DNA of 64,000 nucleotides from Dudresnaya verticillata (Eukaryota), in assembly GCA_977862235.1 (NCBI GenBank), contig OZ374561.1, positions 1,364,001-1,428,000 of the forward strand, written 5' to 3'. The translations under genes were made by a program, and so were the position numbers. Positions 25,027-33,821 of this stretch are shown one piece after another. The notes beneath the pieces were generated by a model. It had not been told where the DNA came from and ran no database searches. It worked only from the letters and a program-made list of their open reading frames with translations. How positions within the stretch are numbered: the first letter of the stretch is position 1; each line of letters begins with the position of its first letter.

Positions 25027-25037
25027 AAGGAGGGGAG
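25027..25037 (+). promoter_or_regulatory. Polypurine tract of element 2
   Basis: AAGGAGGGGAG lies 2 nt before the 3' LTR. Confidence 0.85.
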
Positions 25038-25039
25038 TC

Positions 25040-25524
25040 TGTGGTGAAGTGAGCCGTGGCGCGCATGCGGCCCACCGACGGCGAGCCAACCGTAACGGGT
25101 GATGTGGCAATACGCCACGCTGATGATCTGGCAACGTGTAACCGTGTCGGATGTTGTGCGCGTTGCTGTACGCCGGTACGCATTGCTGTACAGCAGTGAA
25201 GCGCACCAACCATACCGGAGTATTTGTAGTGTTTATTCTTTATTTTTAGTGAGTATCTGTACAGTATGTAGAGTAGTGCGCCAGCCAATGAGAATGCTGC
25301 ACATGTCCGTGTCGGAGATTGGGACCAGCAGGGCCGATTCCACCATGGGTCCAGACCACTAGGGTCTGGCCCCCACGGACCGGACCGCTCGGTGCCACCC
25401 TAACTTGTATATCAGAGCGGCACCGCAACGGCTCCTAAGGTAAACGGGTAAGCAACCTTAGCCCAATCCTTTACTGTTTTCCCCGCACCGAGCCCGTTGC
25501 GGTCTACCACCACCACCGTTACGG
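25040..25524 (+). repeat. 3' LTR of element 2, lacking the last 190 bp
   Basis: Matches 16171-16655, then switches abruptly to the inverted arm. Confidence 0.92.
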
Positions 25525-26394
25525 CCGACGGAGAAACCGCCACCGGCGCTCACCACCACTGTTGGCACACGAACACGTCATCGACGGCTCACTGGGGCGC
25601 GCGCACACGTTTTGCGCCGCGCGCTATGCGGGCACTTTACGGTGGTTGGCCGATATGGCACGCCGGGGCACTGTAACACGGATCTTGTACGTGTGATATA
25701 GCCGCTATCCGCGAAACGACTCCGTGGTCTACGTGAAAATAATTGAGTAACACGAATTTCGAAGTGACTCCGTGAATGCGCATGCCACGATGGCAAACAT
25801 ATTACAGTGCGCATACTGTGCGCGCGCCACGATGGAATACGTATTACAGCAGGCACGTGATACGAAATCGCTGACACCTCCGGATGAATCCCGATCTGAC
25901 TTCGTGATCGCGCGCGCCACGATGGCATTCGCATTACAGCGCGCACCTGATACGAAATCGCTGACACCTTCGTGACTTTCCCGTTGTTTCCCGCGCGTAA
26001 CGGCGCCGGGGCCCACGAGACACGCGCACCTCCGTATGCATCGCTGGCGCACTTCGCAACCGCCACCATACGCGAGGCGACCGTTCGTTGGCACCGAGGC
26101 CGTTACGAATCATTCGAGTACGAACCGTCTCCCGCGTTGACGCGCATTCGTGCTCACGTAGTACTACTTAGTAGCCAGTCGTCTGGCACAACCTCCGAGG
26201 GTTTCCGGTAAGCGACTAGCGCCCGGACCTCGGAGTCTTCGGTAAACGCTTCTTTCTTCGAGTTCGGTGTCTTCGTCTTCGTGACCGCGGATACGGTCGA
26301 GCCTCGCTTTCGATAGCCCCGCGCACCCGGAGTCATCCCCGGTGATCGATCGCTCGAGTTCTCCCTTCCACACACGAATACGTTGACACCGTGG
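25525..26394 (-). repeat. Right arm of the long inverted repeat
   Basis: Reverse complement of 436-1307, ending GTTGACACCGTG(G). Confidence 0.9.
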
Positions 26395-26537
26395 TCCTTC
26401 GTGTTGGTCGCTCCGCTCTACCAGGCTACCACCCCTTTTCGTTTCTCCGTTAGGCTACGAGGCCATTCGTTAGGCTCCGAGGCCATTCCTTACAGTGCGA
26501 GACTTCCCCGCGTCACCGTGGACTTCGTTATACCACA
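26395..26537 (+). mobile_element. Probable terminal remnant of another LTR
   Basis: Ends CGTTATACCACA, the exact reverse complement of the LTR1 start TGTGGTATAACG. Contains a short duplication, CGTTAGGCT.CGAGGCCATTC x2. Confidence 0.5.
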
Positions 26538-27199
26538 TACCCTCTGGGTTCCTCCTGCTGTACTACCGCTGCCAGGTACCCGCTCTGTGGCTTTCTCATT
26601 GAGTGCAATCTTTGAGTTCACAAGAGACCTAAAAGGCACTTCCTTACACCCATGTGAACCCAAGTCTCTACCAACTTCCCTTTTTTCCCCGAACCAAAGC
26701 TAGTGCTGACTGTAGGAAAGGTGTTCTGGGTGTTTCTACCGTTTTACCTGACCCTACGGTCATTCTACTGCCCTAGAGCCGACTAACGGTAGATACTCGG
26801 CACCAAGAACCACCAACAAAACCAGTAAATTCGAGTACGATTTCGCCGCCGCTGCCGCCGCAACCACGCCGCTGAGCACTTCAGCGCCACACGCCCCGGC
26901 CCTCGCTTGCGCCCGACCCTTCCACGCAGCCGTTTTCGCAGGACCGGGACGGTTATCATAGAAGAACCCCATCGGTCCGAACCTGTGGCCCGACAGGACC
27001 ACTCCGCCGGATCGACCCCCCACCCCCCGCCCCCCCTGTATTCGTAGCTTGTGCATATCTGACGAAGAATGTTTCTGGCGCTTGCTGGAAATTCGTGCAG
27101 ATGCGCAACGTGTGTGACGGACTTGCGCAATTTGCGAAGGATATTCCTGTGCGTAAGGCGCCTATTGCGTAATATCTCAGTCCAGTAGGTGGCTGGACA

Positions 27200-27242
27200 T
27201 CTGGTAATTCCTGGAAGCACAGTGCTTCCAGGAATTACCAGA
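27200..27242. repeat. Perfect palindrome (21-bp arms, 1-nt spacer)
   Basis: TCTGGTAATTCCTGGAAGCAC-A-GTGCTTCCAGGAATTACCAGA. Confidence 0.95.
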
Positions 27243-28185
27243 GTTGCAAACTGAGTATCTCTAGTGTTTGACGAAAGTGGTACAACACAATGTTCTGGGT
27301 TGCCAATGTTCCGAGTTGCTCCCCTCTTCGGAGCGCTCCCCATCGGCCTTCTGCGTTCTCGGCATACATTAAATGGTAGAGGCCTTCCTCGAGGTGCGCT
27401 ACTGCACCTCCGAGGTACTCGCTTTACAGTCTCTACTGGTCCCTTGAGCCGGGCTATTGAGTCTCCAACAGTGCGTTCATATACTCGTAGCCGCGAGGGC
27501 TCTTCGCAATTTGCCATTCTCCCCACGAAGCAGTTTTGGTGACACTACGGTGCATCAAGAAGCTACAGTAGCTCTGCGGCAGTGGCAATGCGTCGCAAAC
27601 CATGCTTTCGGGCGCCGCGGCTTAAAGCAAAAAGCACGAGAGAAGCGGAAGCGGCGGAGATAGCATGTGACTTGCGCTCCGCTCGCGCTTGGAACGGCCA
27701 AAGTGGACAAGAAAGGGGCACCACGCACGCTGAGGACCGCTTTTCGGACGATTGCAGCGTCTCGAGTTGCGCAGAGCATGTGGCGGGCTGCAAGACCCAT
27801 TCGCACGGCTTGCAGGTGCTTCCCCGGGTCTCGGTCCGCATCGATTGCCGGTCTGGGTCTCTTCTCCGTGCACATCCCCAGCGCAAACACAAGATTTATT
27901 GCCAAGCGAAACGCTTTCGAAAACCTGTTTTTTTGTCACCTTCTCGCCACAGCAAAAAAACACCGACACAACGCCCTCAGGGCACCCCGTCGTTTAGTAA
28001 CGGCCAATCATTGCCATCGCAGAGCAGCGCAACAATTGCACCGACTCACCTCGCCTGTGCCCGAACGTCCCGACCGGCCTCCTCATCTTGAGGACGAAGC
28101 CCCACCTTCAGCTTTCGCACTATCAACGTCGCATTCCGCCCCGACCCCTGGCTCCGTCATTTCCACCAACACTCACGAGAACATC

Positions 28186-29955
28186 ATGCCTGCTACTCCG
28201 GCCTTCCTGGCCCCGCTGCCTTTGCCGCGGCGATCGGCCCCATCGCTGCGTCGCGCCCCACGCCGCCCAGCCTCAGCGATGACTGCTGTCCATCCAGCCG
28301 CTCCCGCCTCGAATCCGGAACCTACACAGCCACATCGGCAACCCTCCTCAGACGCTGCTGACATCGCAACCGATTCCGTTCCGGTCTATTGTTACGTCGC
28401 ATGCAGTCCAACCCGCTCTGACTACCTTGAGCGTGTCCTCACGTCGCGCGTGTATGACGTCGTTTCAGAGACACCTCTGGAGCCGGCCACCTTGCTATCG
28501 GACCGCCTCAACAATTCTATCTTGCTCAAGCGCGAGGATACCACTGATGTCAAATCCTTCAAGCTCCGCGGCGCCTACAACATGATGGCCAAGGCCGACC
28601 CCGCGAAGATGAGCCGCGGCGTTGTTGCCGCGTCGGCTGGAAACCACGCGCAGGGGGTTGCGCTTGCTTCCCAGAAGCTAGGTGTCGCAGCCACCATTGT
28701 CATGCCGGCCGTCACGCCGGAGATTAAGGTTGCAGCAGTCCGCCGCCGAGGCGCCAAGGCCATTTTGCACGGCGATACCTTCGATCAGGCCAAGACTAGG
28801 GCCTTGGAGATTGCCGATCGTGAAGGGAAGCTCTTCATCCCGCCGTTTGACCACCCTGATGTCATAGCAGGACAGGGCACTGTCGGTTTGGAGCTCATCC
28901 GTCAGACTAGGTCCATTGATGCCGTCTTTGTCCCTGTTGGCGGAGGTGGGCTTATTGCTGGCATTGCTACTGTTATCAAGCGGCTTCGTCCAGAGGTTCA
29001 GATTATCGGTGTCGAACCTGTCGATGCCGACGCGATGTATCGCAGTTTGAAGGCTGGGACCCGAGTAGCTCTTGACTCAGTAGGGACTTTTGCGGACGGT
29101 GTCGCTGTTGTCAACGTTGGCGAGGAAACCTTTCGGCTCTGCAAGGACTTGGTGGACGAGGTTATTCTCGTTAACACGGATGAGATTTGTGCAGCGATCA
29201 AGGATATGTTCGAGGACACCCGTTCTATTCTCGAACCAGCTGGTGCCCTTGCCGTGGCTGGTGCCAAGGCGTATGTGCAGCGTGAAGGCTGTGTTGGTAG
29301 ACAACTCGTTGCCATCACGTCTGGTGCCAATACCAACTTTGACAGATTGCGCCATGTAAGTGAGCGGGCGGAGATAGGTGAAGGGCGCGAGGCTATCTTT
29401 GCTGTCACGATTCCGGAGCGACCGGGTTCCTTCCGCGAGCTGATATCGGCGCTTGGTCCCAACTTGAACATCACTGAGTTCAACTACAGATACAGCGGAA
29501 ATGCAGACGCTCATGTTTTCGTTGGGGCCCGCGTTCAAAAGCGTGCCGACATAAAGTCGATAGTGACACGATTGAAGAACAGGAGCATGGCGGCAGTGGA
29601 CCTCACGGACGACGAGCTAGCTAAGTTGCATATCCGGCATCTAGTGGGCGGCAACGCTCAGCAGCGGGATTTTGACGAGGCGGTATTCCGTTTTGAGTTT
29701 CCTGAGCGACCGGGGGCGTTGTTGCAGTTCCTAAGGGAACTGCCCGAGGGCTTTAGCATCACAATGTTCCACTATAGGAACCACGGGACGGACGTCGGGC
29801 GCGTGCTTGTAGGGCTTACGAGTTTGGCTGGAGATAGTCGAGAGCGTCAAACAAAGTTGCTGGACGGGTTTGTCAGGAGGCTTGGATATATGTATGTCAG
29901 AGAGGACGAGAACATTGCGTACAAGTTCTTCCTTGGCAAGCGCAACTCAAAGTGA
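28186..29955 (+). CDS. ilvA: Threonine dehydratase (biosynthetic), with a probable plastid transit peptide
   Basis: SFKLRGA (PLP lysine), ASAGNHAQG, VGGGGL and two C-terminal regulatory repeats (IPERPGS, FPERPGAL). Start placed at the ATG of MPATPAFL. Confidence 0.95.
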   Translation: MPATPAFLAPLPLPRRSAPSLRRAPRRPASAMTAVHPAAPASNPEPTQPHRQPSSDAADIATDSVPVYCYVACSPTRSDYLERVLTSRVYDVVSETPLEPATLLSDRLNNSILLKREDTTDVKSFKLRGAYNMMAKADPAKMSRGVVAASAGNHAQGVALASQKLGVAATIVMPAVTPEIKVAAVRRRGAKAILHGDTFDQAKTRALEIADREGKLFIPPFDHPDVIAGQGTVGLELIRQTRSIDAVFVPVGGGGLIAGIATVIKRLRPEVQIIGVEPVDADAMYRSLKAGTRVALDSVGTFADGVAVVNVGEETFRLCKDLVDEVILVNTDEICAAIKDMFEDTRSILEPAGALAVAGAKAYVQREGCVGRQLVAITSGANTNFDRLRHVSERAEIGEGREAIFAVTIPERPGSFRELISALGPNLNITEFNYRYSGNADAHVFVGARVQKRADIKSIVTRLKNRSMAAVDLTDDELAKLHIRHLVGGNAQQRDFDEAVFRFEFPERPGALLQFLRELPEGFSITMFHYRNHGTDVGRVLVGLTSLAGDSRERQTKLLDGFVRRLGYMYVREDENIAYKFFLGKRNSK

Positions 29956-30584
29956 GGTTTGTTCCCTAGGGTCATTACTGTAGATGTCTTTTTGTCGCTG
30001 ATCGAGAAATTGTTCATGGTGGTGTTCTGACATGGGATAATGACGATGTAACAGCTGCTAAGGCTTGGGAAGCCGTGCCGTGAAATCCATGATGACCTTG
30101 GTGCTGGTTTTGGAAAAAGGGTTGGTTGGAAGTCGGACGCTTAGAAGGCCTTCCGACGAGAAACAGGCAGCTGAGGGCAGTGCTGAAGCTGTTGCCGTCG
30201 AGGGTCGGGAAAGAACTGGCCAGGGCATAGCGTTGTTCTCGGTACGGTGGTTGCAGCAAATTGTTGTACGGCTGGAGGCGGGACGACACGGCTCAAAAAA
30301 AAGAGTGCAGATGTGAAAGCCGTTCGCTGAAAGATGGACGAATAGTCGCGTGGGATGGGAAACCTTGGAATTCTCGGTGCATCAGCATGCGCGCTTTGTG
30401 GCGACACAGCGCTGCAAGCCATCCACGGCGCTTTCCGCCCAACCACTCGCGCCATCTTCCCCGTCGACGTCGCGTGCCCGCACTCTGTCTCAACAAAAGC
30501 ACCCCCTTCCTCCCTCGACCCGTCCTCCACCTTCAACTCAGCGCCCCAGTCTGCATGGCTGCTAACTAGCTCAGTGCCCCACCC

Positions 30585-30740
30585 ATGCCGCGCGCATACC
30601 GCACGCCCACCGCCCTCTCGCCCACCGTTCACTTTGCTCGGCAGTACCTTTCCCTTGCTGTCCCCTACGTCCCGCTCCGCCTGCAGTTGCAAACCGCCAT
30701 AACCAGCGTGCTGACTAACTCTCTGTCGCTCCCACCGTAG
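30585..30740 (+). promoter_or_regulatory. Candidate 51-aa uORF ending Pro-Pro-stop, 8 nt upstream of the ODC-like ATG
   Basis: ATG at 30585 ... CCA CCG TAG at 30740. It could instead overlap a 5'-UTR intron (CTGACTAAC...TAG). Confidence 0.4.
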
Positions 30741-30748
30741 CGGCTGCG

Positions 30749-32179
30749 ATGAGCATCCCACCGCGTCCGCCCCGACCTACCTACATTCCTGTGCGTCGCG
30801 CCGCTGACGCCGCCGCCGTCGCCGCTAACCTGCCCCTCGCTTCGCTCGTCACTACATCCTCCGCTTCAGAAGTCCTCTCCACTGCTGTTGCTGCAGGCGG
30901 GGAGGCTGTGCTCTACGCGACAGACCTGCGTCAGGTCGCCGACCAGCTCAACCTCTTCCGTGCTGAGCTGCCGCGCGTCACGCCGTACTATGCTGTCAAA
31001 TGTAACCCTGACCCGATCCTGCTCTCCTTTCTCGCCCAACTCGGCGTATCCTTTGACTGCGCCTCTAGTTACGAGATAGCGCTGACTGCAGCTATGCTCG
31101 GTGACAGGCCTATTGCAGACCGTGTTGTATTTGCAAATCCGTTCAAGGCTGTAGATGACCTCAAGCACGCACGAGGCTTGGGTATTCGGCTCATGACTTT
31201 CGATTCCACCGATGAACTGGAGAAGATTGCGAAACACTTTCCCGCTGCTCGTCTATTGCTAAGAACAGCAGTGGAGGACTCCGATTCGCAGTCCCCGCTC
31301 AGCTCCAAGTTTGGAGCCCAATTGGATGAAGTAGACGCCATTTTGGACACTGTGAACCGCTTGCACCTCAACCTTGTCGGAGTCGCTTTTCATGTTGGAT
31401 CTGGGTGCACCTCTGCGAGTGCATATGGGCGCGCCTTGAAGGTTGCTCGTCTGGTATTTGATCGCGCCTACGTATCTGGGCTGCCCAAGCTGAGTGTGCT
31501 GGACATTGGCGGTGGGTTCCCTGGCTATGATGGCGAGACATCAGTTACTTTCAGAGAAATAGCTCGCGTGGTCAGGAGCGTCATTAGTTCATTGTTCAAG
31601 GAGGACGTGGAGGTAATTGCGGAACCAGGCCGATACTTTGTGGCATCGGCTTATTCGCTAGCGGTTGAGGTGGCACTGGTAACAGAGCGCAAAGGCGAGC
31701 GCAATTGCTATCTAAGCGACGGTGTGTATGGGTCATTTCGGGATGCCTGGCTCTTCCGTGACGTGAAATACGTATTCGACGTGCTGCATCGTCGTGGATC
31801 CAGCGGCGGTGAAGGTTTGCTTGAGTTGGTTAACCTGTATGGTCCGACAAGGGAACCAGTGGACATAATAGCGCGTAATGTCAAATTGCCGCAGGTCAGG
31901 CGCGGGGACTGGCTGTGGTGTCGCAACATGGGGTCTTATACTATGTGCCTTAACACAAGGCGCTCTGGGGTGGACAGGTTCAAGACGGTTTACTTCTTTC
32001 GAATGGATGCAGGTGATGCGGAGCTAAAGGCCGAGATTTCGAAGGAGTCAAACGGGGGTTGTATGTCGGACGGGCATGGTGAGTTCCAAGGTTCGAGTTT
32101 GAGGAAGCCGCTCATTTCTTCTGCGACAGAATTGCCCTTGCGTGTTGGAACGGGGAGCACCTCACTGGGTGCGCTATAG
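30749..32179 (+). CDS. Ornithine decarboxylase-family (fold III PLP) protein, possibly non-catalytic / antizyme-inhibitor-like
   Basis: YYAVKCN, FDCAS, SKFGA, FHVGSG, LDIGGGF, EPGRY and DGVYGSF are present. Canonical GPTCD reads GPTRE. Confidence 0.9.
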   Translation: MSIPPRPPRPTYIPVRRAADAAAVAANLPLASLVTTSSASEVLSTAVAAGGEAVLYATDLRQVADQLNLFRAELPRVTPYYAVKCNPDPILLSFLAQLGVSFDCASSYEIALTAAMLGDRPIADRVVFANPFKAVDDLKHARGLGIRLMTFDSTDELEKIAKHFPAARLLLRTAVEDSDSQSPLSSKFGAQLDEVDAILDTVNRLHLNLVGVAFHVGSGCTSASAYGRALKVARLVFDRAYVSGLPKLSVLDIGGGFPGYDGETSVTFREIARVVRSVISSLFKEDVEVIAEPGRYFVASAYSLAVEVALVTERKGERNCYLSDGVYGSFRDAWLFRDVKYVFDVLHRRGSSGGEGLLELVNLYGPTREPVDIIARNVKLPQVRRGDWLWCRNMGSYTMCLNTRRSGVDRFKTVYFFRMDAGDAELKAEISKESNGGCMSDGHGEFQGSSLRKPLISSATELPLRVGTGSTSLGAL

Positions 32180-32868
32180 TTCTGGTTTGCACCCCTGAAT
32201 ATTGCTCTGCTATCGGGCTGGGGCTGACGTTTGCTGGTCTTGTTTTGGGATTCTGGTATGCGTTAATCGCTAGTGATTACGGCTGTGGGGGTAGATGTGG
32301 CCGGCCGCCAAGACCAGAGTTGTTTAATGTTGCCATGCCAACCCGGCAGTGGGGTTTTGCGTAAGCCAGAGTCGTGAGCTCTTGATGCAGTCTCTGTCCT
32401 AGCTTAAAACGGGCAGAAAAGCGATCCGTTGCGGGCGTGTCTCTGCGGTCGGTCCGTCTTCCCCTGAACCCCTTTTTGGTGGGATGGCTTCTCGCACTGG
32501 CTGGCTAGTCCAAGTATTCAACGAGCCAAAGCATTCAACATGGCAGTAAAGTCAATATTGTGCTGAGAATCAGGACTCGATGGAGTGCCGGGGCTATGTG
32601 CGCAACATGGTGTCGGTAGCGAAGAGCTCCGCCGAAGACGTATCAAATTGGCAAGCGTGATGATTGCAGAACGGGCCCAGAAGTGGCAGTGGCATGCGCA
32701 TATACTGTGATCGAGCTGTCGAAGGCGTTGGTTGCAATAGCGGTATGCTCGAGCGAGGAGCGGCTTTCGTGGGTTTTCTTTTGTGATTAGGCTGTGCATG
32801 CGGACGCAAGCGATGGGGCCAGGTAATGATATGGCATGGTGTGGTCTCCAAGACTCGATTGGGGTTGA

Positions 32869-33345
32869 TCATGGCTCGGTCTCCCTTTCCGCAATGATGT
32901 CTCTGACATTGTTGAGCAGGTTTTGCGCATCATCGACAGCCTCTGTCATTTCCTCACCAGCCTGCCTAGACTCAAAGTTTGCCGTGTCAAGCAGGGTTCG
33001 CTCCTTCCCTTCAAAGTCGTTCATCTTGCGGTCGATGGCGGCGATGAGGGACTCAACGTGGCGCGAGGCGTGGACAATGTCGGTTGCATAGGTGGGGGTC
33101 TTGTCGCGGAGCTCCTTGCGCTTCTCCTCCGCGGCCAGACGGGCGTCCTCGGCGGGCTTGTCCTTGTCCTTGTCCTTGTCCTTGTCTTCGGGGCGGTCGC
33201 GCGCGCGGTCGACCGGCGGGGCGTCGCGCTGGATGATGCCGACGTAGGTGTAGAACTTGACGCCCAGGTCGTCCAGGGCCTTTTGCAGCTGCGACAGATC
33301 GTCCATGGCGTTTGCGTCGTCCTTTGCCGGCGGCTTGTCCGGCAT
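32869..33345 (-). CDS. MED21: Mediator subunit 21 (Srb7)
   Basis: MDDLSQLQ..LD.L...FY..VGIIQRDAPP and a coiled-coil C-terminus. Confidence 0.85.
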   Translation of the reverse strand: MPDKPPAKDDANAMDDLSQLQKALDDLGVKFYTYVGIIQRDAPPVDRARDRPEDKDKDKDKDKPAEDARLAAEEKRKELRDKTPTYATDIVHASRHVESLIAAIDRKMNDFEGKERTLLDTANFESRQAGEEMTEAVDDAQNLLNNVRDIIAERETEP

Positions 33346-33821
33346 TGTTGGCAGCGGGGCGGGGGGCGGAGGGGCGAGGCGGAGGCGGAGCGGGGCTTTT
33401 CGGTGGGGGTACCGTAGCGGGTGGGACGCGGAGGCGGTGGGTTGTGCAGAGATTTGTTGTTCAAAATGGGAATGGGCGGTTACTCAAGGCACCTAACGAG
33501 TTGGGGCGTACCACGCTATTTTAGTGCCTGCGCGGAAGGCGTTTCCGCGCGCGAGAATCTCGGAGATCGCGCCTCGTTCGCACCTCTGATTTGTTTGTTG
33601 GAGAGAGGATCAGAGCAGACGTCCTCTGTCAGACGCCCTCTTCTTTCATCAGTCCTCCGTTGCATGCAAATAAAAGACTGCGTACCGTAGCCCCAAAAAA
33701 GTCGCCTTTCTTAGGGTTTTGCCCCTTCCTTGCACACACTGCATCTATCCTCCCATCCATCCGCATCCTCGACCACGCCCTTCCTTCACCTGCAACCCCG
33801 ACACCAACAAACAACCACAAC

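Larger units (their letters stand above)
16171..25524 (+). mobile_element. Ty3/gypsy chromovirus-like LTR retrotransposon, element 2 (3' LTR truncated)
   Basis: 5' LTR 16171-16845, PBS at 16851, gag-pol, PPT 25027-25037, 3' LTR 25040-25524. Confidence 0.95.

Noticed and set aside
426..26403. Target-site duplication around the long inverted arms
   Set aside because: The flanks (..GCACCACA and TCCTTCGT..) share no direct repeat, and both are other LTR sequences.
26760..27040. Tc1/mariner-like end (TA-CAGGGGGG on the minus strand at 27040-27031)
   Set aside because: No partner TIR or transposase in the window, so it is too weak to list as a feature.
27667..28185. N-terminal extension of threonine dehydratase in the ORF track
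   Set aside because: It starts at a non-ATG codon and runs through promoter-like sequence. The ATG at 28186 gives a typical transit-peptide start.
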